From positions 21,620 through 85,619 of the forward strand of contig CAZNHL010000007.1 of assembly GCA_964572965.1 (NCBI GenBank): a DNA stretch of 64,000 nt. The letters are read 5' to 3'. The stretch's first letter is position 1; the number at the start of each line of letters is the position of its first letter. Source of the stretch: an uncultured Bifidobacteriaceae bacterium. GTDB taxonomy: Bacteria > Bacteroidota > Bacteroidia > Cytophagales > UBA9547. The notes beneath the pieces are model-generated. The model was not told the DNA's origin. It searched no databases and saw nothing but the letters and a program-made list of their open reading frames with translations. A program made the translations under genes and the position numbers. This document shows, piece by piece, positions 1-8,333 of the stretch.

Positions 1-73
1 CGGGAAAAAAACTGGCAACAAGATAGGAGACAAGAACCAAAGGTATACCGATCCAGAAAAACAAATTCCTCAT
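1..73 (-). CDS. Partial CDS: N-terminal 24 aa (MRNLFFWIGIPLVLVSYLVASFFP) of an unidentified membrane protein, continuing past the left edge
   Basis: A minus-strand ATG at 73..71 opens a frame with no stop down to position 1. The N-terminus is hydrophobic and TM-like. Confidence 0.3.
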   Translation of the reverse strand, partial: MRNLFFWIGIPLVLVSYLVASFFP

Positions 74-210
74 AGTTATTAATATTTACTGCTTGAACGT
101 TAAAACAGGCATGAGGATACATGTTTTAAGGAAATAAATCTTTTTAAGGAGAAGTTTGAACTCTTTTATATAAACAAATGTATATATGTTAATAATAAAA
201 TATATGTATT

Positions 211-522
211 ATGGCAGTCGATAAAAAATCATTCGAAGACATTATTAAAGATAGTCCTGTTCCTGTATTAGTAGACTTCTATGCTACTTGGTGCGGGCCA
301 TGCCAGGCAATGGCTCCGGCTTTAGAGCAGGTGGCCAATGACCTGCATGGCGAAGCTAAAATCCTGAAAGTAGATATAGACCGCAATCCTAATGCTGCGG
401 CACATTTCAGGGTGCAGTCTGTTCCTACGTTGATTATTTTCAAAAATGGGGAACAGGTATGGAGAGGTTCGGGGGCAATGCCGGCTTTCCAGTTGAAACA
501 ATTGCTTGCTCAATACAAATAA
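211..522 (+). CDS. trxA: Thioredoxin
   Basis: 103 aa with the WCGPC active site. Length and pattern are typical of thioredoxin. Confidence 0.95.
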   Translation: MAVDKKSFEDIIKDSPVPVLVDFYATWCGPCQAMAPALEQVANDLHGEAKILKVDIDRNPNAAAHFRVQSVPTLIIFKNGEQVWRGSGAMPAFQLKQLLAQYK

Positions 523-560
523 GCAGCTAAAAGCTATTAAACATTATATCTAAGGGATTT

Positions 561-869
561 ATGGAATCAACGGTTAGTTTAAGAATTAATACTGAGAAGC
601 TCGAACGGGCTGCTCATGTATTGAAAGCTGTGGCGCATCCCGCCCGGATTTCTATTGTGGATTTACTGGACCAGTGTGAGCGGCTTTGTGTCGGTGATAT
701 ACAGGAAAAACTGGGTATGGAACAGGCTTTACTTTCGCATCATCTGATCAATATGCGTGACAAAGGAATCCTGAAAACGGAGCGTAGCGGCAAAAATATT
801 TACTATTCTTTAACCGACCGCACGATTACCAAAATTATCCAATGTATTAATGACTGTGATAAATTTTAG
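561..869 (+). CDS. ArsR/SmtB-family repressor, BigR/SqrR-like (candidate persulfide sensor)
   Basis: 102 aa winged-HTH protein (HPARISIVDLL...LCVGD...LSHHL). Cys39/Cys43 lie in the ELCVGD-type motif and Cys95/Cys99 at the C-terminus. Confidence 0.8.
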   Translation: MESTVSLRINTEKLERAAHVLKAVAHPARISIVDLLDQCERLCVGDIQEKLGMEQALLSHHLINMRDKGILKTERSGKNIYYSLTDRTITKIIQCINDCDKF

Positions 870-874
870 GTGAT

Positions 875-1666
875 ATGACAGGCTATTTGCTGGCATTGTT
901 GATAGGTGTTTTATTAGGTATTGTAGGAGCTGGAGGCTCCATTCTTACAATTCCGGTACTGGTATATGTAGTGGGAATGTCAGCTGTAACGGCTACGAGT
1001 TATTCGCTTTTTATTGTAGGTACAACGGCGCTGGTAGGGGCCTGGGGTTATTGGAAAAAGGGATTGCTGCATATGAAGACAGCCTTTGTTTTTGTAGTGC
1101 CTTCTGTTGTTACTGTTGTGTTAGTCAGAAAGCTGATCTTGCCGGCTATACCTGATATTATAGGGTCATGGGGAAAGCTGGTTTTTACCAAAGATGAAAT
1201 GCTGCTGATTTTATTCAGTGTATTTATGTTACTGGCTTCTTTCAATATGATCAGGGCAAAATGTGTCAATTGTGATAATGATGAATTGGATAATATCAGT
1301 TTCAACTATGGACTCATTTTTATTGTTGGAATATTGGTAGGAACGATTACAGGTTTGCTTGGGGCCGGAGGAGGTTTTTTAATTGTTCCGGCTCTGGTAT
1401 TACTGGTTAATCTGCCTATGCGTTTTGCAGTGGGTACATCCCTGATGATTATTGCTGTAAACTCCTTGATTGGTTTTGCAGGAGATTTGACACATCTCGA
1501 CCATGTCGATTGGCCCTTTTTGCTGTCATATGCAGCATTGGCTGTTGCGGGTATTTTTGTAGGTGAAAAAATTGCACTGAAAGTGAGACCAGACCAGCTT
1601 AAAATATGGTTTGGCTGGTTTGTATTAGCAATGGGTATTGTTATTCTGATTGAACAGTTTTTATAA
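875..1666 (+). CDS. TauE/SafE family sulfite/anion exporter
   Basis: 263 aa polytopic membrane protein with repeated GAGGG/GAGGS motifs. It follows arsR after a 5-bp gap. Confidence 0.85.
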   Translation: MTGYLLALLIGVLLGIVGAGGSILTIPVLVYVVGMSAVTATSYSLFIVGTTALVGAWGYWKKGLLHMKTAFVFVVPSVVTVVLVRKLILPAIPDIIGSWGKLVFTKDEMLLILFSVFMLLASFNMIRAKCVNCDNDELDNISFNYGLIFIVGILVGTITGLLGAGGGFLIVPALVLLVNLPMRFAVGTSLMIIAVNSLIGFAGDLTHLDHVDWPFLLSYAALAVAGIFVGEKIALKVRPDQLKIWFGWFVLAMGIVILIEQFL

Positions 1667-1695
1667 AGGGTATACGGGATTAAAATAAACAAATT

Positions 1696-3000
1696 ATGAT
1701 TATTGAACAGTTATATACAGGTTGTTTAGCGGAAGCTGCTTATTATATAGAATCGGCAGGAGAGGCAGCAATTATTGATCCTTTGCGTGAAGTGGATTCT
1801 TATATCCGTAAAGCAGAAAGAAATCAGGCAAAGATCAAGTATGTTTTTGAAACACACTTTCATGCCGACTTTGTGTCTGGGCATGTGGATCTTGCCAGGA
1901 AAACAGGTGCGGAAATTGTTTATGGACCAAATGCGAAAACCGGTTTTAAAGCTCATATTTCAGAAGACGGAGAAGAGTTTAAAGTAGGTGAAATTACTAT
2001 CAGAGTATTGCACACTCCCGGGCATACCATGGAGTCTGCCACTTATCTTTTGTTGGATGAGTCAGGAACAAAACGGGCAATTTTTACTGGTGATACTTTG
2101 TTTATCGGAGATGTTGGCCGTCCGGATCTGGCTGTAAAATCTGATTTGACCAAAGAGCAATTGGCGGGACATTTATATGACTCTCTCCGTAATAAAATCA
2201 TGGTATTGCCTGATGAAATTACAGTTTATCCGGCACATGGAGCGGGGTCTGCATGCGGTAAGAATATGAGTAAAGAAACAACGGATACTCTTGGCCATCA
2301 GAAGCAGGTTAATTACGCTTTACAACCTATGAGCAAGAGTGAATTTATTGAGAAAGTACTGGATGGTATTATGCCGGCACCGCAATATTTTCCTAAAAAT
2401 GCAATGATGAATAAGCTAGGCTATGCAAGTATAGACCAGGTGCTGGAAAGGGGGGCACAGGCATATAACCCGCAGGAGTTTGAGCATGTTGCCAATGAAG
2501 AAGGCGCTTTAGTACTCGATACAAGGGATGCCCGGGTTTTTGCAAAAGGTTTTATCCCAAATTCAATTAATATCGGTTTGGGAGGACAGTTTGCGCCATG
2601 GGTGGGAGCCTTGATTACGGATTTGAAGCAGCCTATTCTACTGGTGACAGAAAAGGGGCAGGAAGAAGAAGCAGTAAAGTCAATTTCGGCAGAAGAGTTC
2701 TCAGAATTAAAACAAGAAGAGATTAATATTCTGGATGTGCGCAAACCGTCGGAGTATGATGCCGAGCATGTTGTAAATGCACAAAACAAACCACTGGACT
2801 ATATTAATGACTGGATAGGGCAACTGGATCGTCAGAAAACTTATTATGTACATTGCGCTGGAGGATACCGCTCAATGGTTACTGCTTCAATTATGAAAGC
2901 AAGGGGTTTTGACAATGTAACAGATATTGCCGGCGGTTTTGGGGCAATCAGTAAAACAGATGTGTCTAAAACAGCTTTTGTTTGTCAGAGTAAAAAATAG
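1696..3000 (+). CDS. MBL-fold persulfide dioxygenase (ETHE1/CstB-like) fused to rhodanese domains
   Basis: HFHADF metal-binding motif in the N-terminal half. The C-terminal rhodanese carries the catalytic loop HCAGGYRS. The first rhodanese module looks shortened (see findings). Confidence 0.9.
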   Translation: MIIEQLYTGCLAEAAYYIESAGEAAIIDPLREVDSYIRKAERNQAKIKYVFETHFHADFVSGHVDLARKTGAEIVYGPNAKTGFKAHISEDGEEFKVGEITIRVLHTPGHTMESATYLLLDESGTKRAIFTGDTLFIGDVGRPDLAVKSDLTKEQLAGHLYDSLRNKIMVLPDEITVYPAHGAGSACGKNMSKETTDTLGHQKQVNYALQPMSKSEFIEKVLDGIMPAPQYFPKNAMMNKLGYASIDQVLERGAQAYNPQEFEHVANEEGALVLDTRDARVFAKGFIPNSINIGLGGQFAPWVGALITDLKQPILLVTEKGQEEEAVKSISAEEFSELKQEEINILDVRKPSEYDAEHVVNAQNKPLDYINDWIGQLDRQKTYYVHCAGGYRSMVTASIMKARGFDNVTDIAGGFGAISKTDVSKTAFVCQSKK

Positions 3001-3013
3001 TGTTAGAATTGAG

Positions 3014-3031
3014 TCCCTATAGCTATAGGGA
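3014..3031. repeat. 18-bp perfect palindrome TCCCTATAGCTATAGGGA
   Basis: Read directly from the sequence. It sits 14 nt after the stop of the dioxygenase gene. Confidence 0.9.
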
Positions 3032-3060
3032 GAGAATTAGAAGAAATTTAGTTATTAATT

Positions 3061-3102
3061 AAGCATTAAGCATTAAGCATTAAGCATTAAGCATTAAGCA
3101 TT
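3061..3102. repeat. Tandem heptamer array (AAGCATT)x6, perfect
   Basis: Six exact 7-bp units ending 5 nt before the yeeE ATG. Confidence 0.95.
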
Positions 3103-3107
3103 TTACT

Positions 3108-3665
3108 ATGTTAGAATTCATCACACAACCCTGGCCCTGGTATGTAGCGGGCCCGTTAATCGGTTTAACAGTTCCTGTCTTATTGTTGCTAGGAAATAAG
3201 ACTTTTGGTATATCCTCGTCATTAAGGGATATATGCGCAGCTTGTATTCCTGCTAATATTCCTTTTTTTCAATATGACTGGAAAGCTAATGCATGGAATC
3301 TTTTCTTTGTGTCGGGAATTGCAATAGGTGGTTTTATCGGAAGTCAGTTATTAGCCGATCCTCATACAATTGTGATTGCGGAGAGTACTGTTGCCGATTT
3401 GAAAAATCTCGGAGTTACCTCATTTACAGATCTGCTGCCGGCAGATATTTTCTCCTGGTCAAATTTACTGTCTGTTAAAGGATTCATATTTATTATCCTG
3501 GGTGGATTCCTGGTAGGTTTTGGTACGCGCTATGCAGGTGGGTGTACTTCCGGACATGCCATTATGGGCTTATCCAATCTGCAATGGCCTTCACTTATAG
3601 CTACCATCTGTTTCATGGTCGGAGGAATTGTTGTAACTCATTTTGTTTTGCCTTTCATTTTGTAA
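3108..3665 (+). CDS. YeeE/YedE family sulfur-compound transporter, first half-protein
   Basis: 185 aa membrane protein with the GGCTSGH motif typical of YeeE/YedE. Confidence 0.85.
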   Translation: MLEFITQPWPWYVAGPLIGLTVPVLLLLGNKTFGISSSLRDICAACIPANIPFFQYDWKANAWNLFFVSGIAIGGFIGSQLLADPHTIVIAESTVADLKNLGVTSFTDLLPADIFSWSNLLSVKGFIFIILGGFLVGFGTRYAGGCTSGHAIMGLSNLQWPSLIATICFMVGGIVVTHFVLPFIL

Positions 3666-3669
3666 GAAT

Positions 3670-4089
3670 ATGAATTTCAAGAAGAATTTTAAATACCTGA
3701 TAGTCGGAGTACTTTTCGGTATAGTGTTTTTAAAAGCTGAAATTGTTTCATGGTTCAGGATTCAGGAGATGTTCCGCTTCCAGTCTTTTCACATGTATGG
3801 TGTCATTGGTTCTGCTGTAGCTGTAGGCCTGATTTCTGTTTTGTTGATTAAAAAGTTTAATATCAAAACAATGGCTGGTGAAACGGTCTATATCAAGCCG
3901 AAAACATTTAATTGGGGACAGGTGATCGGTGGTTTGATGTTTGGCTTTGGCTGGGCATTGACAGGAGCTTGTCCGGGGCCACTTTTTGCACAAATAGGTG
4001 CCGGATTTACAGTGGTTATTGTAACTTTGCTAAGTGCCATTGCCGGAACCTGGTTTTATGGTCTCATAAAGAATAAATTACCCCATTAA
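3670..4089 (+). CDS. YeeE/YedE-like second half-protein (DUF6691-like)
   Basis: MNFKKNFKYLIVG start at 3670. The track start at 3643 would overlap the upstream gene. The protein has TM segments and a GACPG motif. Confidence 0.75.
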   Translation: MNFKKNFKYLIVGVLFGIVFLKAEIVSWFRIQEMFRFQSFHMYGVIGSAVAVGLISVLLIKKFNIKTMAGETVYIKPKTFNWGQVIGGLMFGFGWALTGACPGPLFAQIGAGFTVVIVTLLSAIAGTWFYGLIKNKLPH

Positions 4090-4095
4090 GAAAAG

Positions 4096-4536
4096 ATGTC
4101 AGAATTAGTAAGTGATCAAAAAGGCTCTGGTAAAAATGAATTTAAAGAACGTTCAGTCTTAGCAGGTTTTCTTCTTCAAAAATGCCCCCGCTGCCGTCAG
4201 GGAAACGTATTTGAATCACCAAACCCATATGTGCTTTTAAAACTTTCCGATACATATAAGTATTGCCCGCATTGTGATCTGAGGTATGAACAGGAGCCTG
4301 GTTTCTTTACAGGGGCAATGTATTTCAGTTACGGTATGAATGTAGCTATGATCGTGGTTATCGGGATTGCAATGACTTTGCTTTTTGAAGGAATTGATGC
4401 TTTTTATGTGTTTGCAGTAGTTTCTGCAATCATTGTAGGAGTAATGCCGCTTACCTTCCGTTATGCGCGGATGCTGATGTTATATCTGGTAGGGAAAGCC
4501 AAGTATGATCGGAGTTATGCTGTGAACGGGAAATAA
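4096..4536 (+). CDS. DUF983-like zinc-ribbon membrane protein
   Basis: CPRC...CPHC zinc ribbon followed by two TM segments. It is the last gene of the sulfur operon. Confidence 0.65.
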   Translation: MSELVSDQKGSGKNEFKERSVLAGFLLQKCPRCRQGNVFESPNPYVLLKLSDTYKYCPHCDLRYEQEPGFFTGAMYFSYGMNVAMIVVIGIAMTLLFEGIDAFYVFAVVSAIIVGVMPLTFRYARMLMLYLVGKAKYDRSYAVNGK

Positions 4537-4580
4537 GACGTTTAAAAAGTACTAAAGTATTACTGTATGCTGGTTTATAA

Positions 4581-4615
4581 CAATATAGCCTACGGGTTTT
4601 CCGTAGGCTATATTG
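4581..4615. terminator. Bidirectional intrinsic terminator hairpin (15-bp perfect stem)
   Basis: CAATATAGCCTACGG-gtttt-CCGTAGGCTATATTG, lying between convergent genes. Confidence 0.8.
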
Positions 4616-4619
4616 CTGA

Positions 4620-5471
4620 TTATTTTGCGGCTTTTATTTCGGAAATCAGCTTTTCTATATTTTTTACTGATTCAGGGTTATTGGCTTTTGTAGCCTTTGC
4701 TTTGGCAATTTCGGCCGATATAAGGGCATTTTTATAATCTTTTTGTTTTAGCTGGATTTGTGCTTTTAGTTGTTCTATCCAATAGGCGTCAGGTTGTGCT
4801 TTTACAGCTTCGTTTACCCATTCTGAGGCTTTATTCAAATCCCTGTTTGTCTGGAAATAGTAGCTTGCAGCCTGAAAGTATGGTTTCATGTCAGAAGCCA
4901 TCGCTTCATTCAGTTCTTTCATAATTGCGGCATCCTGGTCAATGGCTGTTGATACGGAGAAGCTAACAGCAGTGTTTTCCCAGGTAAGCAATACGTCAAA
5001 AGATTTTATTGTCTGATTGATCAGATTGATGGTAAATGTTTCTACTTTATCGTTCAGCACCTGCGTCTTCACTTTGAAACGAAATATATCATCTTTGTCT
5101 GTATAGCCGAAATTGCCCCACAACTGTGTGTTTTTGCTGATAACAATCGTCCATTCTGTTTTGTCAGGAATAGTATAAAGAGCATATTCACCGGCTTTCA
5201 GTATTTGATCGCTGATTTTTACATCTTCTCCAAAATTGATTTTAGTAGAACTGTTTGCTCCGGTACGCCATACCTGACCAAAGGGCACAACCTGTCCGAA
5301 AACAACCCTGCCTCGTGCACTTGGGCGTGAATAAGTAATACTAACCTCGGACAGAGAGAAATCTTGTTGCAACGTTTGAGTAGGGCTCAATACCGGCATT
5401 TTTACTCCTTGTGCAAAAATTGCCGTGTTGCTTAAAATGAGCATTACTATTAAAATGGGAATGATCTTCAT
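4620..5471 (-). CDS. DUF2911-like secreted protein with a helical-repeat C-terminus
   Basis: Signal peptide present. Carries the ITYSRPSARGR...VWRTGAN motif seen in DUF2911. Confidence 0.65.
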   Translation of the reverse strand: MKIIPILIVMLILSNTAIFAQGVKMPVLSPTQTLQQDFSLSEVSITYSRPSARGRVVFGQVVPFGQVWRTGANSSTKINFGEDVKISDQILKAGEYALYTIPDKTEWTIVISKNTQLWGNFGYTDKDDIFRFKVKTQVLNDKVETFTINLINQTIKSFDVLLTWENTAVSFSVSTAIDQDAAIMKELNEAMASDMKPYFQAASYYFQTNRDLNKASEWVNEAVKAQPDAYWIEQLKAQIQLKQKDYKNALISAEIAKAKATKANNPESVKNIEKLISEIKAAK

Positions 5472-5541
5472 GTTTTTGAGTTATAATTTCAGCTTCATGT
5501 TTATTCTAAGTGTCTTCTATGTTGTAAAGTTTTAATATTAA

Positions 5542-5625
5542 TTGAGTAGCCGTTTTCATTGTACCTTTCCTGATCTGCGAAATTCAGTGTTATCTGCAGG
5601 TGAAAAACTCAAACAGGCGTAATTA
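5542..5625 (+). repeat. Intergenic repeat family, copy A (short form)
   Basis: TTGAGTAGCCGTTTTCATTGTACCTTTCCTGATCTGCGAAATTCAGTGTTATCTGCAGGTGAAAAAC aligns by eye with the copies at 36788 and 50158. Confidence 0.6.
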
Positions 5626-5635
5626 AACTTCTTGA

Positions 5636-6394
5636 TTAAATAAATTGGTTTAGAACTTCAAGGAATCCGGTAGGTTGCTCTGCCTGTACCCAATGGCCAG
5701 ATCCCATTACTGTGACAACTTCAGAATCAGGGAAGTGCTTCGCAATAGCAGGTTTATCTGTATCGGTAATGTAATTAGACTTTTCGCCTCTGATAAACAA
5801 TGTGGGCTTGTTGAAGTGTGCATTTTCAGGTAAAGCTTCACCAATATTTTCTATCTGAGATTTGATCAGATCGAGATTCATTCTCCATGCAAACTCGTTT
5901 TGCTCATTTCTGTAGAGATTTTTTAACAAGAACTGCCTGGTTCCAACATCTGAAATTACTGTGCCCATTTGTTCGTCAGCCTGGTTTCTGTTTTCCAGAT
6001 TCGCAAGATCAACACTTGCAAGGCCGGCCAGAATAGATTGATGGTGAGGAGGATAATAACGGGGAGAAATGTCAACTACAACGAGTTTCTCTAACAAGTC
6101 AGGATATTTACAAGCGAAATGCATGGCTGTTTTTCCTCCCATAGAATGACCGATAATGATAGGGTTCTTAAGTGTTTGTTGTTCAATAAACTCTTTCAGA
6201 TCACCGGCCATTGCTTCATAATTGTGAGGAGAAGCCATCGGTGAGCGGCCGTGGTTACGTTGATCTACAAGAAAAACACGATGCGTCTCTGCAAGTGATT
6301 TTGTAACAGTAAGCCAGTTGTCAGACGAACCGAACAAACCATGTAAAATGATTAATGCCTGTCCTTCGCCACTTTCTCTATAAAATAAATTCAT
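5636..6394 (-). CDS. Alpha/beta hydrolase (YbfF-like esterase)
   Basis: 252 aa with an HGLFGS oxyanion region and the GHSMGG nucleophile elbow. Confidence 0.8.
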   Translation of the reverse strand: MNLFYRESGEGQALIILHGLFGSSDNWLTVTKSLAETHRVFLVDQRNHGRSPMASPHNYEAMAGDLKEFIEQQTLKNPIIIGHSMGGKTAMHFACKYPDLLEKLVVVDISPRYYPPHHQSILAGLASVDLANLENRNQADEQMGTVISDVGTRQFLLKNLYRNEQNEFAWRMNLDLIKSQIENIGEALPENAHFNKPTLFIRGEKSNYITDTDKPAIAKHFPDSEVVTVMGSGHWVQAEQPTGFLEVLNQFI

Positions 6395-6409
6395 TTTGGT
6401 GTGGAGTGT

Positions 6410-7123
6410 TTATTTTAACTGTCTTAAATACATCTGAATTGTGTTTTCCAGCCCGTAATATAGCGCATCGCAAATCAATGCATGGCCTATCGATACTTCG
6501 TCGAGGTTAGGCAGGTTTTGATGCAGATATTGTAAATTATCTAAATCAAGGTCATGACCGGCATTTAAACCTAAGCCAAGTTCGTCTGCTTTTTTTGCGG
6601 CAATTATATAAGGTTTGATTGCTTCTTCACGATTTTTATGATAGTGACTGGCATAAGGTTCTGTGTATAGTTCTACACGGTCAGCGCCAACAGCTTTGGC
6701 TCCTTCAACCATTTTGGAGTCAGGGTCTACAAAAATAGAAACACGCACCCCCCAGGATTTTAGTTGAGCTACAACTTCTGTCAATTGGGTTTTATTGGCT
6801 ATTGTGTCCCAGCCGGCATTAGAAGTAATTGCCTGAGGAGGATCGGGTACAAGGGTTGCTTGAGCCGGGCGAGTAAGTTTAACAAGTTCCATAAACCTGC
6901 CGTCTGGATAGCCCTCAATATTAAACTCTGTAGAAATTACTTTTTTCAGATTAGTAACATCCTTATAACGAATATGACGCTCATCCGGGCGGGGGTGAAC
7001 CGTAATTCCCTGGGAACCGAAGCGCTCACAATCCAAGGCTACTTTTACTACATCGGGATTGTTCCCTCCACGTGCATTTCGCAGCGTTGCGATTTTATTT
7101 ATGTTAACACTGAGTTTTGTCAT
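6410..7123 (-). CDS. pdxJ: Pyridoxine 5'-phosphate synthase
   Basis: 237 aa starting [16 protein letters not shown], with HPRPDERHI. These are canonical PdxJ motifs. Confidence 0.93.
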   Translation of the reverse strand: MTKLSVNINKIATLRNARGGNNPDVVKVALDCERFGSQGITVHPRPDERHIRYKDVTNLKKVISTEFNIEGYPDGRFMELVKLTRPAQATLVPDPPQAITSNAGWDTIANKTQLTEVVAQLKSWGVRVSIFVDPDSKMVEGAKAVGADRVELYTEPYASHYHKNREEAIKPYIIAAKKADELGLGLNAGHDLDLDNLQYLHQNLPNLDEVSIGHALICDALYYGLENTIQMYLRQLK

Positions 7124-7277
7124 GAGTCAGATTTGAAAATTGCATCAGGAATGATTAATTTCGAAGCCAAATTTAAATCATTTTCCCGAATTTGGTTTAG
7201 ATTCCATCAACAAGAAGGGATTTTACAATATTTATTCTCAATAAAATCTTTCTACACTTTTAATTTCCTGATCTAAA

Positions 7278-7727
7278 ATGAGCTTAAAAACACAGATAGA
7301 CGCTGATATAAAAACAGCAATGCTGGCAAAAGATAAGGATAGCCTGACAGCACTCAGAAGTATCAAATCTTTGATCCTTTTGTCTGAAACAGAAAAAGGT
7401 GCTGCTGAAGAGTTGAATGCAGATGCTGAAATCAAGTTGTTGACCAAGGCCGCCAAACAAAGAAGAGAGTCTGCTGACGTTTTCGGATCACAGGGACGTA
7501 AGGATCTTCAGGATAAAGAATTACTTGAATTAGCGGTTATTGAAAGGTATTTACCAAAACAATTGAGTGAAGATGAAGTGAAAGCTGCTGTTAATACAAT
7601 TATTCAGAAAGTTGGCGCTAGCAGCGCTGCGGACCTGGGTAAGGTAATGGGTGTTGCTTCAAAAGAATTGGCAGGTAAAGCTGACGGTAAAGTAATCTCT
7701 TCAATTGTAAAGCAGCTACTAGGCTAA
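7278..7727 (+). CDS. GatB/YqeY domain protein
   Basis: 149 aa with the MSLKTQIDADIKTAMLAKD pattern typical of YqeY. Confidence 0.85.
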   Translation: MSLKTQIDADIKTAMLAKDKDSLTALRSIKSLILLSETEKGAAEELNADAEIKLLTKAAKQRRESADVFGSQGRKDLQDKELLELAVIERYLPKQLSEDEVKAAVNTIIQKVGASSAADLGKVMGVASKELAGKADGKVISSIVKQLLG

Positions 7728-7730
7728 TTA

Positions 7731-8213
7731 ATGAAGCCTGATTGGATTGACATCATTATTGGTACTGCTTTGGTATGGGGTATTATTGCAGGATACAAAA
7801 GAGGCATTATTATGGAAGTCATCTATTTGCTGGCTTATATTATTGCTTTGATTGCTGCCATGTTATTCTTCAAAGAGCTGGTTATAGTATTAGATGCCAG
7901 AATCCCTGAGTTACATGGAATAGTATCATTCCTTGCTTTTACATTAATTTTCGTAGGTATCTTTAAAGCTGTTAATTTCCTTGGAAGCATTATTAAAGGA
8001 ATTGTCAGTTTTACGCCTTTCGGTATTTTAGATAATTTGCTTGGAGCTTTATTAGCTGTTTTTAAGGTAATGATGATAGTTTCATGCTTTATGTTGGTTT
8101 GTGAGTGGCTGAAAATAAGTAGTTTAACTTCTGAATTCTCAAAAAGCATTTTCAATCCTTATCTCGTTTGGTTTACAAATTTGATTTTTAAATCGTGGTT
8201 GCATCTCTCATAA
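7731..8213 (+). CDS. cvpA: CvpA family membrane protein
   Basis: 160 aa with 4 TM segments. The N-terminal W-DIIIG...G-KRG pattern matches CvpA. Confidence 0.7.
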   Translation: MKPDWIDIIIGTALVWGIIAGYKRGIIMEVIYLLAYIIALIAAMLFFKELVIVLDARIPELHGIVSFLAFTLIFVGIFKAVNFLGSIIKGIVSFTPFGILDNLLGALLAVFKVMMIVSCFMLVCEWLKISSLTSEFSKSIFNPYLVWFTNLIFKSWLHLS

Positions 8214-8333
8214 TGTCATGTGAGATCAAACATTTTTTGAAAAGTTTGGTGAATTTTAATAAAATTGCATTTCGTTACGGATAAACGTAACATCATTTAT
8301 TTCGTATTTATTTTCAAAACTTCCTTTAAGTAG

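Noticed and set aside
100-210. AT-rich direct and inverted repeats upstream of trxA (TTAAAACA...TGTTTTAA; ATATATGT repeats), considered as the BigR-type operator.
   Set aside because: The arms are short and lie in very AT-rich DNA, and I do not reliably remember the BigR/SqrR box consensus. The region is suggested only as an EMSA target in the operon finding.
322-513. Antisense or shadow ORFs in the track that overlap well-supported genes. Examples: 322..513-, 1048..1305-, 1306..1692-, 2421..2789-, 6764..7276+, 11436..11960-, 12534..12884-, 29608..29982-, 41358..41807-, 42693..43046-, 59157..59471-.
   Set aside because: Each lies entirely within or across a gene with clear family motifs on the other strand or frame. 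Their translations are low-complexity or compositionally odd, and none has a recognisable motif.
3061-3102. Heptamer arrays (3061..3102, 59578..59610) considered as possible CRISPR arrays.
   Set aside because: The units are 7 bp and contiguous, with no spacers and no cas genes. These are microsatellite-type tandem repeats.
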